DNA of 64,000 nucleotides from an uncultured bacterium (GTDB lineage: Bacteria; Myxococcota_A; Polyangia; Polyangiales; Houyiibacteriaceae), in contig CALJDU010000036.1 of the NCBI GenBank assembly GCA_938024995.1, positions 17,520-81,519 on the forward strand, written 5' to 3'. A model generated the notes under the pieces. It did not search any database. It saw nothing but the letters and a program-made list of their open reading frames with translations, and was not told the origin of the DNA. Each line of letters begins with the position of its first letter. Position 1 is the stretch's first letter. Below are positions 1 through 8,925 of the stretch, piece after piece. The position numbers and the translations under genes were made by a program.

Positions 1-1
1 C

Positions 2-979
2 CTCTCTTGGGACGGACCGCCGCCGCCCGCGGAGCTCGTTGTCTACGAGGAAGAGGCACGCTCGATCCTCTCCAAGAACACGAGCCCCGACCTTGGCTTC
101 TCGTTCAGCGTGAACCCCTATCGCGGCTGCTTTCACGCTTGCACCTACTGCTATGCCCGGCGGAGTCATCAGTATCTCGGCTTCGGCGCGGGGACCGATT
201 TCGATCGCAAGCTGGTCGTGAAACGCAACGCGGCTGAGCTGCTGCGCGAAGCGTTCCAGAAGGCGTCATGGCGCGGCGAGACGGTGGTCTTTTCTGGCAA
301 CACCGATTGCTACCAACCGCTCGAAGCGAGCTATCGACTGACCCAGCGCTGCCTCGAGGCGTGCCTCGAGTTTCGAAACCCAGTTGGCATCATCACGAAG
401 AGCAAGCTCATCCGGCGCGACATCGACCTGCTCGCTGAGCTTCACGAGCGCGCGCGTTGCTACGTTGTCGTGAGCGTCGCGTGCGACGATCCGACCGCGC
501 GCCTGCTGGAGCCGTACGCCAGTCCGCCAAGCAAGCGCATTGAGACGATTCGGCTCCTCGCGGCGGCCAACATCCCGGTCACGGTCAGCGCGGCCCCGAT
601 GATCCCGGGCCTCAACGACGAGCAGATTCCTGAGCTGCTCGCGCGTGCGCGGGAGGCCGGTGCCTCACGTGCGTTCATGTCGATGGTGCGTCTCTCGAAA
701 GACGTCTTGCCGGTGTTCCTCGAGCGTGTTGAGCGTGACTTCCCGGGACGCGCGAAGAAGATTCGTCACGCGATTGAAGAGATGCGCGCCGGCGCGATGA
801 ACGACGCCTCGTTCGGGTCTCGGATGCGCGGAAAGGGGGCGCGATGGGAGGCGACCCGCGCAATGTTCGAGATGACGTGCCGGCGTCTCGGGCTGGACAC
901 GGACTGGCGCGACGCGACTGACCGTGAGGTGACGTCTTTTCGCCGACCCACCCGCCAGCTCTCGCTCTTCGAGGGCTGA
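2..979 (+). CDS. radical SAM protein, PA0069-like family; 5' end runs off the window
   Basis: The frame stays open back to nt 2 (..EEARSILSKNTSPDLGFSFSVNPYRGC..). CX3CX2C cluster CFHACTYC is present. Stop is TGA at 977-979. Confidence 0.85.
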   Translation, partial: LSWDGPPPPAELVVYEEEARSILSKNTSPDLGFSFSVNPYRGCFHACTYCYARRSHQYLGFGAGTDFDRKLVVKRNAAELLREAFQKASWRGETVVFSGNTDCYQPLEASYRLTQRCLEACLEFRNPVGIITKSKLIRRDIDLLAELHERARCYVVVSVACDDPTARLLEPYASPPSKRIETIRLLAAANIPVTVSAAPMIPGLNDEQIPELLARAREAGASRAFMSMVRLSKDVLPVFLERVERDFPGRAKKIRHAIEEMRAGAMNDASFGSRMRGKGARWEATRAMFEMTCRRLGLDTDWRDATDREVTSFRRPTRQLSLFEG

Positions 980-1118
980 CGCTGTGAAGGTTCGATTCGC
1001 TTCGCGAACGTAGGGTCATTTTCGCTCTCATGGGCGATCTCGGGTCTGCGTCGTTTCGCTTGTCAGTTTGTCACTCGGCTCTCCTCCCGATTGGTCGGAT
1101 TGCCAGGATGTCGCGAAC

Positions 1119-1135
1119 TGACCGCTGAGCGGTCA
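1119..1135. promoter_or_regulatory. perfect 7-3-7 palindrome TGACCGC-TGA-GCGGTCA; candidate enhancer or operator site
   Basis: Read directly from the sequence. It lies about 90 bp upstream of the sigma-54-like element at 1211-1226. Confidence 0.3.
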
Positions 1136-1210
1136 CCGAAACCTCCGTTGTCGCGCGCGATACACGAATTCGTAGGGGAAAACGGTTGGCTGGCGTCTGG
1201 GTTTCAGGGT

Positions 1211-1226
1211 AGGCACGCGCGTTGCT
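1211..1226 (+). promoter_or_regulatory. candidate sigma-54 (-24/-12) promoter upstream of gspC
   Basis: aGGCACG-cgcg-TTGCT matches TGGCACG-N4-TTGCW with exact GG/GC spacing. gspC starts at 1250, so the leader would be very short. Confidence 0.4.
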
Positions 1227-1249
1227 CTAGAGCGACGTGAGTTCCAATT

Positions 1250-2239
1250 TTGGGTACCCCGAGACAAAAGAAGATCACCATCGCCGTCCTCATCGTGACG
1301 GTGCTCCTCGTGGCGTTTTTACTCGCGCAGGGAACAACGCGCCTCGCGGCCGCCAAGCTCCTGCCGATCGACCGCACCACTGCTGACGCCGCCCCGACGA
1401 AGCGTCGCGCTTCCGCGAGCACGGAGATCGCGCGGGCGGACTCCACGGGCATCCTTCGCCGAAACATCTTCGACTCCGAGACCGGTCCGCTCGACGGCTC
1501 CGCGGTTGTCGACGAGCCCGTGGAAGAGGTCCTCGATACCCCGACGACCGACACCTACGACGGCGGCGCGGTCGCGACGTGTGACGGAAGCATGCGACTC
1601 GTCGCGGCGGTCACGAACCCGCGGCGTCCGGAGTGGTCGTTCGCCGCGATCATCGGCGCGGCGGGCAAAGCCATGCTCTACCGCTCCGGGCAGGAAGTGG
1701 ACGGTCGCGAGATCGTTCAGGTCCGCAGCCGTACGGTGATCATGCGCCCGAGCGGCGGCAGCTACTGCCAGATCGCGATGTTCGATGAAGAGGTCACCGC
1801 GCCGACCGCGATGGCCGCTGTGATGACCGCGACGAAGATGACGAAGGCGCCGCGTCGCCCTGCGCGTGAAGGGGCCATCTCCTCGGCCGACATGGACTCC
1901 GGGATCACGCGCGTGAGCGACACCGAGTTCACGGTGCAGCGTTCTTTGGTCGACCAGATCCTTGAGAACCAAGGTGAGCTCATGCGCACCGCGCGGATCA
2001 TCCCGCACGAAGAGGGCGGCCGCGTCGTCGGCGTGAAGATGTACGGCATCCGGCGGAACAGTCTCCTTGGTCGCCTCGGTCTTCAGAACGGCGACATGCT
2101 CCGCACCATCAACGGCTTCGATATGTCGAGCCCGGACAGCGCGCTCGAGGCGTACACCCGTCTCCGCTCTGCCGACCACCTCACCCTTTCCATTGTTAGG
2201 CGCGGTCAAGGATCGTCCGTGAACTACAACATCCAGTGA
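1250..2239 (+). CDS. gspC: type II secretion system protein GspC (TM anchor plus C-terminal PDZ)
   Basis: TTG is the first start after an in-frame stop. TM helix ITIAVLIVTVLLVAFLL. PDZ-like segment GVKMYGIRRNSLLGRLGLQNGDMLRTINGF. It sits directly upstream of the secretin gene. Confidence 0.8.
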   Translation: MGTPRQKKITIAVLIVTVLLVAFLLAQGTTRLAAAKLLPIDRTTADAAPTKRRASASTEIARADSTGILRRNIFDSETGPLDGSAVVDEPVEEVLDTPTTDTYDGGAVATCDGSMRLVAAVTNPRRPEWSFAAIIGAAGKAMLYRSGQEVDGREIVQVRSRTVIMRPSGGSYCQIAMFDEEVTAPTAMAAVMTATKMTKAPRRPAREGAISSADMDSGITRVSDTEFTVQRSLVDQILENQGELMRTARIIPHEEGGRVVGVKMYGIRRNSLLGRLGLQNGDMLRTINGFDMSSPDSALEAYTRLRSADHLTLSIVRRGQGSSVNYNIQ

Positions 2240-2246
2240 GAACTCT

Positions 2247-4784
2247 GTGAGAACCCGAACCGCACTGACCATCCTGATCGCGTCATCGTCGTTTATGGCG
2301 GTTGGCCTTGGGATTGGTCTCGCCAATGCTCAAGACGATCAGCGCCCCTCCGTTCGCGTCCGCCGCAACGGACCGACGCCCGCCAAGCAAGCCGCGGGGG
2401 ACGGCGCCGCGTCGACCGGAACGCCGCCTCCCTTCGAGTCGGGCATTGAGTACCAGCGCATCTCGCCGCGCGCCCGCGTCACGTTCAACCTTGAAGACGC
2501 CGACCTTCCGGATCTCGTGCGCCTCATCTCGAACATCACGGGCAAGCGCTTCATCATCCCGGGCAAGGTCCGCAGCATCAAGGCGACCGTTTTCTCTCCG
2601 ACCAAGGTGAGCGTGGCGGAGGCGTACAACGCCTTCCTCTCCATTCTCAACGTCAACGGCATGACGGTCGTGCCGTCGGGTCGTTACCTCAAGATCGCCG
2701 AGACGAGCGGCATCGAGAGCCAGCCGATCCCGACCTACACGGGGAACTCGCCGACGCCCGCGTCGGACCGGTTCATTACGCGCCTTCATCGCGTGGACAA
2801 CGTCGCCGCGGAAGACGTCGCGACGCTGCTCTCCCGGTTCAAATCGCGGGAAGGCAACATCACCGCCTACGCCCCCACCAACACGATCATCATCACCGAC
2901 ACCGGCACCCAGATCCGGCGGATGCTTCGGCTCATCGAAGCGATCGACGTGCCGAGAACGGGCGAACAGATCTGGATCGAACCGATCCACTACGCGACCG
3001 CCGCGGACCTCGCGGCGCGTCTCCAAGAGATCTTCCAAGCGAGCGGTGGCAGCGGGTCGGGGGCGGCCGCGCAGGCGACCCCCGCGAGAACGGCGCGCGC
3101 TCGGACGGCGAAGGCGACCAAGGCGGCACAGGCCAACGCGGCGGCCGGACCGTCCACGGTGGGCTCGCGAAGCGGTGAGTCTCGCATCACAAACATCTTG
3201 GCGGACGAGCGGACGAACTCACTCATCATCTTGGCGACTGAGCGCGCGTACCTCCGCATCATGGAGCTCATCCGCCAGCTCGACGTTCCCCTTGAGGGGG
3301 AAGGGCGGATCCACGTCCACTACGTTCAGAACGGCGACGCGACCGAGATCGCGGGCACGCTCACCAGCTTGATCGGCGGCTCGAGCGGAGGCGGCGGCGG
3401 GACTCCTCGACGAGGCGCCGGAGCGGCCGCGGCGGCACCAGCCACGGACCTCTTCGAAGGACAGATCCGCGTGACCGCGCACGAGGCGACCAACGCGCTT
3501 GTCATCACGTCATCTCTACATGACTACGCCGCGCTCAGACGCGTGATCGAGCGGCTCGACAGCCCACGTCGACAGGTGTTCATCGAGGCGGTCGTCATGG
3601 AGCTCTCGGTCAGCCGCTCGACCAACCTCGGGCTCGCGTTCCACGGTGGTGTTCCAGACGCCGCGGCAGAGGGCGGGCTCTCGGTCTTCGGCTTCAACGC
3701 GATTCAGTCGGCGACCTTCCCGAACCAAGACGCGCTCACCGGCCTCGCGGTCGGCGTCCGCGGGCCGGCCATCGAGGGCATCGCCGGCGCGACCGGCCTC
3801 TCGATTCCCGGCTTCGGCGTCGTCTTGAACGCCATCTCGTCCTCGGGCGAGACCAACATTTTGAGCACCCCGCACATCATCGCGATGGACAACGTCCAGG
3901 CCGAGATCAGCGTCGGCGAGAACATCCCGCTGCAGACCTCGGGTCTCGCGCTCGGCGGCGGTGCGGGCGGACTCGGCGGTCTCGCGGGGCTCGCTGGGTT
4001 GGCCGGCGGTCAGCAAGGCGGCGCGGGCGGGCTCGCCGGACTCGCCGGTTTGGCGGGTGGCTTGGGCGGCGGCGCGGCGCCTCGTCAAGACATCGGTACG
4101 ACGATTCGACTCACGCCACACGTGAACGAGAACGACGAGATTCGTCTCGAGATCGAAGAAGAGATCTCGGAGCGCGGCGTCACCGAGGGGACGCTCGGCG
4201 TGGTCTCGATTACGCGGCGTACCGCGAAGACCGAGGTCATGGTTCGCGACCAACAGACCGTCGTCATCGGTGGCTTGATCCGCGAGACGGTCGTCACCAG
4301 CGAAGAGAAGATCCCGATCCTCGGTGACATCCCGCTGCTCGGCGCGCTCTTCCGAAACACCGAGCGTCAGAAGCGCAAGACCAACCTCTTGCTCTTCCTC
4401 ACGCCCTACATCATCCGTGACCCCAGCGACCTCCGCAGCATCTTCGAGCGTAAGATGCGCGAACGTCAGGAGTTCCTGGATCGCTACTTCGTGTTCGGTG
4501 ACCGCGACTACGAGCCGCCTACTGACTACTCGCGAACACGCGGGTTGGTCGCGGAGATCATCAACGAGATCGATGAGATCGATGAAGAGGCGAGGCTCGA
4601 AGCGGAAGCGCGCGCGGCACCTCCGCCCGATCATGTCCCGCGGCCTCCGGTCGGGTCCTACGAGTTCGCTCCAGAAGCGGGTGGAGATGTCGTCATCTCG
4701 CCGAGCACCTCGACGATCCCCGTCCCGCCGCCCGACTCCGCGAGCGTGGGTACGCCTGTGACGGTGAACCCCCAGAGCAACTAA
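2247..4784 (+). CDS. gspD: type II secretion system secretin GspD
   Basis: GTG start 7 nt after the gspC stop. Signal peptide present. Repeated N-domain signatures NTIIITDT, NSLIILAT, NALVITSS. Secretin core NILSTPHIIAMDNVQAEISVGENIPLQT .. NLLLFLTPYII. Confidence 0.93.
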   Translation: MRTRTALTILIASSSFMAVGLGIGLANAQDDQRPSVRVRRNGPTPAKQAAGDGAASTGTPPPFESGIEYQRISPRARVTFNLEDADLPDLVRLISNITGKRFIIPGKVRSIKATVFSPTKVSVAEAYNAFLSILNVNGMTVVPSGRYLKIAETSGIESQPIPTYTGNSPTPASDRFITRLHRVDNVAAEDVATLLSRFKSREGNITAYAPTNTIIITDTGTQIRRMLRLIEAIDVPRTGEQIWIEPIHYATAADLAARLQEIFQASGGSGSGAAAQATPARTARARTAKATKAAQANAAAGPSTVGSRSGESRITNILADERTNSLIILATERAYLRIMELIRQLDVPLEGEGRIHVHYVQNGDATEIAGTLTSLIGGSSGGGGGTPRRGAGAAAAAPATDLFEGQIRVTAHEATNALVITSSLHDYAALRRVIERLDSPRRQVFIEAVVMELSVSRSTNLGLAFHGGVPDAAAEGGLSVFGFNAIQSATFPNQDALTGLAVGVRGPAIEGIAGATGLSIPGFGVVLNAISSSGETNILSTPHIIAMDNVQAEISVGENIPLQTSGLALGGGAGGLGGLAGLAGLAGGQQGGAGGLAGLAGLAGGLGGGAAPRQDIGTTIRLTPHVNENDEIRLEIEEEISERGVTEGTLGVVSITRRTAKTEVMVRDQQTVVIGGLIRETVVTSEEKIPILGDIPLLGALFRNTERQKRKTNLLLFLTPYIIRDPSDLRSIFERKMRERQEFLDRYFVFGDRDYEPPTDYSRTRGLVAEIINEIDEIDEEARLEAEARAAPPPDHVPRPPVGSYEFAPEAGGDVVISPSTSTIPVPPPDSASVGTPVTVNPQSN

Positions 4785-4882
4785 CCGGCGAGCCGTCGTT
4801 CGTCTCCTCTCTCCTCCCTTCCTTTTCTTTTGAGCCGATGATCGCGGCCACCCCTTAGCGCCAAGTCCTCAAGAGCAGAATC

Positions 4883-6733
4883 ATGGAACAGAGTTACGTC
4901 GGAGAGATCTTGTTGAGCCGCGGCGTCGTGAACGCGACGCAGCTCGGCGAGGCGGTCTCGGCCGCGGACGAGCGGGGGGTGGCGCTCACCGATTTTCTGG
5001 TCGCGACCCGCACGGTCGAAGAAGAGAAGCTGGTGCGCGCGCTCGCGGACGAGGTGGGCATCGACTACCTCGAAGAGATCGCGGCGGACATGGTCCCAGA
5101 GGAGCTGATCGAGCTCGTCCCGATCACCTTCGCGCGAAATCACCAGGTCCTCCCGATCCGCATCCTGGACGAGGACGACGTGGTGCAGGTCGCGGTGACC
5201 AACCCGCTCGACCTCTTCGCGCTCGATGATCTGCGCGCTCTCTTGGGTCGCCCGGTTGAGCCCATCGCGGTCCGGCGCGAGACCATCGACGACGCCATCA
5301 ACAGCGTTTACGAGCGCAAGGACGAAGCGGCGCTTCGCGAGGACGGCGAAGGAGACGACGTCGAGGAGCTTCAGGACCTCATCGACATGACCGATGAGGC
5401 GCCTGTCATCCGATGGGTCAACAACCTCTTCTACACCTCGGTCCAGGAGCGCGCGTCCGACATTCACATCGAGCCACACAACGACAAGGTCGTCGTTCGT
5501 TACCGAATCGATGGCAAGCTCGTGAAGCGCAAGGAAGCGCCGCGCGGTTTCCTCGCACCGATCATCGCGCGCGTGAAGATCGAGGCGGGTCTCAACATCG
5601 CGGAGAAGCGACTGCCGCAGGACGGACGCATCACCAAGAAGATCCGCGGCAAGATCATCGACGTCCGCGTGTCGACGGTGCCGAACATCGGCGGCGAGCG
5701 GGTCGTCATGCGTCTCCTCGACAAAGAGAACGTGATGCTCGACCTGGTCGATCTTGGCTTCGCGAAGCGTGAGCTCGACCTGCTGCAGTTCCTCATCCGG
5801 CGACCTAACGGCATCATGCTTGTCACGGGGCCGACGGGTTCTGGCAAGACGACGACGCTCTACGGCGCGCTCAACCAGATCAACACGCCCGAGAAGAACA
5901 TCCTCACGGTCGAGAACCCGGTTGAGTACGAACTGGCCGGCATCGGTCAGATGCAGGTGCAGAAGAAGATCGGCCTGACCTTCGCGTCCGGACTTCGAGC
6001 GTTCTTGCGGCAGGACCCGGACGTCATCATGGTCGGTGAGATTCGCGACCACGAGACCGCCGACATCGCGATTCACGCGTCGCTCACCGGTCACTTGGTC
6101 CTCTCGACGCTGCACACCAACGACGCCGCCGCGGCGATCACGCGCCTTGTCGATATGGGCATTCAGGAGTTCCAGATCAGCTCATCGCTGCTCGGGGTCC
6201 TCGCGCAGCGATTGGTGCGGCGGCTCTGCGAGAAGTGCCGCCAGCCATACCGCGCGACCCACGAGAACTTGATCGAGCTCGGCCTCGATATCTCCCGTAT
6301 GAACGAGGAACTCGAGAACCTCCGCAAAGCCGCCGCGACCACTGTGCTCCGCGAGAGCGCGCCGCCGCCCGTGCCCGATGCCGAGGTCGGCGCGTTCGAT
6401 GATCAGTCTACGCAGATCCGTGACATGAGCGCGTTCGCGACGCCGCTCGACGACGAGGGCATGCCGCTCTTCTACAAACCAGTCGGCTGTGAAGCTTGTG
6501 GACACACCGGCTACCGCGGACGCATCGGGATCTACGAGATGATGATGATCGACGAGCCGGTCCGGCGCGCGATCCTCGCGAAGGAAGACAGCAAGTCGAT
6601 CCAGCGCGCGGCGCGTCAGAACGGGATGCGGCTGCTCCGCGAAGACGGCGCGCGTCAGGTCATCGCGGGCGTCACGTCGGTCGAGGAGGTGCTCGCGGCG
6701 ACGCAGGCGGTTGACATAGAGATGGACGAGTAG
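4883..6733 (+). CDS. gspE: type II secretion ATPase GspE
   Basis: Walker A GPTGSGKTT. MVGEIRD and LTGHLVLSTLHTND boxes. N-terminal GspE_N/MshEN-like domain. Tetracysteine CEKC..CEAC. Confidence 0.95.
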   Translation: MEQSYVGEILLSRGVVNATQLGEAVSAADERGVALTDFLVATRTVEEEKLVRALADEVGIDYLEEIAADMVPEELIELVPITFARNHQVLPIRILDEDDVVQVAVTNPLDLFALDDLRALLGRPVEPIAVRRETIDDAINSVYERKDEAALREDGEGDDVEELQDLIDMTDEAPVIRWVNNLFYTSVQERASDIHIEPHNDKVVVRYRIDGKLVKRKEAPRGFLAPIIARVKIEAGLNIAEKRLPQDGRITKKIRGKIIDVRVSTVPNIGGERVVMRLLDKENVMLDLVDLGFAKRELDLLQFLIRRPNGIMLVTGPTGSGKTTTLYGALNQINTPEKNILTVENPVEYELAGIGQMQVQKKIGLTFASGLRAFLRQDPDVIMVGEIRDHETADIAIHASLTGHLVLSTLHTNDAAAAITRLVDMGIQEFQISSSLLGVLAQRLVRRLCEKCRQPYRATHENLIELGLDISRMNEELENLRKAAATTVLRESAPPPVPDAEVGAFDDQSTQIRDMSAFATPLDDEGMPLFYKPVGCEACGHTGYRGRIGIYEMMMIDEPVRRAILAKEDSKSIQRAARQNGMRLLREDGARQVIAGVTSVEEVLAATQAVDIEMDE

Positions 6734-6735
6734 CG

Positions 6736-7959
6736 ATGGCCGTCTTCGCCTACAAAGGGATCAACGCCTCCGGCAAAAACGTCAAAGGCGTGCGCGACGC
6801 GGACAACCCGAAGGCGCTCCGCACGCTGTTGAAGCGCGACGGCGTGATGGTCACGCAGATCCTCGAGCAGAGCGAGGCGCGCAAACAGAACGCGCGCAAC
6901 ATCGACTTCGGGAAGTACTTCAACCGTCTGTCGACCATGCACGTCGCGGTGGCGACCCGGCAGCTCGCGGTCCTCTTGCGCGCGGGTATCCCGCTGGTCG
7001 AGGGCCTCAGCGCGATGATCGATCAGCTCGAGCACCCTGACTTACGGTCGGCGTTTACCGACACGCGCGACAAGGTCAACGAGGGCAAGAACTTCGCGGA
7101 CGCGCTCAAGGCGCACCCGAAGGTTTTCGAGCCGCTCTTCATCAATATGGTCGCCGCGGGCGAAGCGTCTGGCACGCTGGAGACGGTGCTCAGCCGGCTC
7201 GCCGTCTTCTTGGATGAACAGGCCAAGCTCAAGGGCAAGGTCGCTGGTGCGCTCGCCTATCCTGCGTTCATGGCGCTCATGAGCATCGTGATCATGATCG
7301 TCATGATGACGGTCGTCGTCCCGAAGGTCAGCGCGATCTTCGAGGACTTCGAGAAGGCGCTCCCTTGGTACACGACGCTCCTTATCTTCATGAGCGATCT
7401 GCTCACGAGCTATTGGTGGATCTTCCTCGGGCTGACCGTGCTCGGGACCTATCTTTTCCTCCGCTGGAAGAGGTCGCCTGAGGGGTCGGTGAAGTGGGAC
7501 GCCTTTATGCTTAAGCTCCCGCTCTTTGGGCAGCTCCTCACGATGGTGTCGGTCGCGCGTTTTTCGCGAACCTTGGCGACCCTCCTGAGCAGCGGTGTGC
7601 CGGTGCTCGAGGCGATGCGGATCACGCGGAACGTTCTCGGGAACGAAGAGCTCGCGAAGGTCGTCGACGTTGCGCGCGAGAGCGTGCGCGAAGGTGAAGG
7701 GCTGGCGAAGCCGCTCAAGGCGAGCCAGAAGTTTCCGCCGATCGTGACGCACATGATCGCGATCGGCGAGAAGTCCGGTCAGCTCGAGGAGATGCTCGAG
7801 AACGTGGCGGACGCATATGACCAACAGGTCGAGATTCGCGTCGCCGCGATGACCTCGCTGCTCGAGCCGCTCATCATCGTCGTCATGGGCGGCGTCACCG
7901 GCGGGATCGCTTTCGCGATCTTGATGCCGCTCCTCCAGATCTCGGACTTCGTGAACTGA
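6736..7959 (+). CDS. gspF: type II secretion inner-membrane platform protein GspF
   Basis: Starts 2 nt after the gspE stop. Duplicated GspF repeats with GEASGTLE and GEKSGQLEEML motifs. Three hydrophobic segments. Confidence 0.93.
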   Translation: MAVFAYKGINASGKNVKGVRDADNPKALRTLLKRDGVMVTQILEQSEARKQNARNIDFGKYFNRLSTMHVAVATRQLAVLLRAGIPLVEGLSAMIDQLEHPDLRSAFTDTRDKVNEGKNFADALKAHPKVFEPLFINMVAAGEASGTLETVLSRLAVFLDEQAKLKGKVAGALAYPAFMALMSIVIMIVMMTVVVPKVSAIFEDFEKALPWYTTLLIFMSDLLTSYWWIFLGLTVLGTYLFLRWKRSPEGSVKWDAFMLKLPLFGQLLTMVSVARFSRTLATLLSSGVPVLEAMRITRNVLGNEELAKVVDVARESVREGEGLAKPLKASQKFPPIVTHMIAIGEKSGQLEEMLENVADAYDQQVEIRVAAMTSLLEPLIIVVMGGVTGGIAFAILMPLLQISDFVN

Positions 7960-7974
7960 GATGGCGTTGTACTG

Positions 7975-8409
7975 ATGGCAAAGCGTCGCAGGAGAAACCG
8001 TCGCAGCAACGTCGCGCTCCCGTGGGAGCGTCGCGGCGCGATCTTTCGTGGGCTCTTTCGCGGTCCACGGTGGAAGGTTCTGATCGGCGCGGTGTTGATC
8101 AGCAGCGCGGTTTGGTTGGTCTGGTCGACGGCGGCGAGCGCGGCGCAAACGCGCGACACCCGCATCGCGATCGCGGAGGTTCGCCGCGCGATTCGTGAAT
8201 TCCGTTCAGAGGTGGGTCGCTGCCCGCGGACCACGGTCGAGCTCGTGCACCCGCCGATGTCGCGGAACCGTTTTCTCAGCTCGATGCCGCGCGACGGTTG
8301 GGGACAGCAGCTCCACGTGCAGTGCCCTTCTCACAACAACCCGGACGACGCCGACGTCCTCTCGCCGGGACCGAGCGGATCGTTTTTCGTGGACGACAAC
8401 GTTTACTGA
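7975..8409 (+). CDS. GspG-fold (pseudopilin-like) bitopic membrane protein lacking a class III signal peptide
   Basis: Arg-rich N-tail MAKRRRRNRRSN, one TM helix VLIGAVLISSAVWLVW, then a GspG-like globular signature ..PRDGWGQQLHVQCP..ADVLSPGPSGSFFVDDNV. No G-F/M-T-L-x-E motif. Confidence 0.55.
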   Translation: MAKRRRRNRRSNVALPWERRGAIFRGLFRGPRWKVLIGAVLISSAVWLVWSTAASAAQTRDTRIAIAEVRRAIREFRSEVGRCPRTTVELVHPPMSRNRFLSSMPRDGWGQQLHVQCPSHNNPDDADVLSPGPSGSFFVDDNVY

Positions 8410-8505
8410 GGCGGACCCGCGAACTTCTTCACGAACTCGAAATGAAATGCACACCCCGCGCCGTAGACCTCGCGGACGGTTTTTGAACCCAAAGAAACAA
8501 TCATC

Positions 8506-8925
8506 ATGAAGCCCAAGAACAACACCCTCTCTCTCTCCACCGCACCTCTCTCGCTGACCGCGCTTCGCCGTCGCCGCGAAGAGGGCATGACGCTCGTCGA
8601 GATCATGATCGTCGTCATCATCATGGCGCTCATCGCGACCGCGGTCGGCGTCGCGGTGCTCCCGCGCTTGAAGAAGGCGCGCGAGGACAGCACGCGCACC
8701 GACGCGCAGTCGATCCGTAGCGCGGTCGTCATGTACATCAGCGAGAACCCGAGCGGCAGCTGCCCCTCGACGCAGGACCTCGCCGAGGGCGGCTTCCTCG
8801 ACGCGAACAAGCGCCTCTCGGACGCCTGGGACCGCGACTTCCAGATTGAGTGCGAGGGCGACAACGTCTCCGTCGCGTCATCGGGCGCGGACGGCCAGTT
8901 CGGCACCGAAGACGACATCAACTAA
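8506..8925 (+). CDS. gspG: major pseudopilin GspG, canonical class III signal with a long leader
   Basis: ..RRREEG|MTLVEIMIVVIIMALIATAVG.. gives Gly-1 and Glu+5. C-terminal ..GADGQFGTEDDI, typical of GspG. The leader is about 27 aa if ATG 8506 is used. Confidence 0.9.
   Translation: MKPKNNTLSLSTAPLSLTALRRRREEGMTLVEIMIVVIIMALIATAVGVAVLPRLKKAREDSTRTDAQSIRSAVVMYISENPSGSCPSTQDLAEGGFLDANKRLSDAWDRDFQIECEGDNVSVASSGADGQFGTEDDIN

Noticed and set aside
984-1000. GGTTCGATTCG looks like a tRNA T-loop.
   Set aside because: The flanking bases cannot form the T-stem or an acceptor stem. No cloverleaf can be drawn.
4781-6115. Long antisense or out-of-frame ORFs of 200-500 aa opposite well-supported genes. 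Examples: 4781-6115, 7042-8148, 10146-11447, 11444-12784, 16678-18063, 26042-26956, 27188-28171, 28199-29293, 29539-30933, 35002-36051, 47858-49081, 50789-52003, 52644-53690, 57550-58596, 59373-60515.
   Set aside because: Their translations are Arg/Ala/Pro/Gly-rich with no motifs. They are the stop-codon-poor shadows expected in very GC-rich DNA, and each overlaps a gene with strong family signatures on the other strand or frame.
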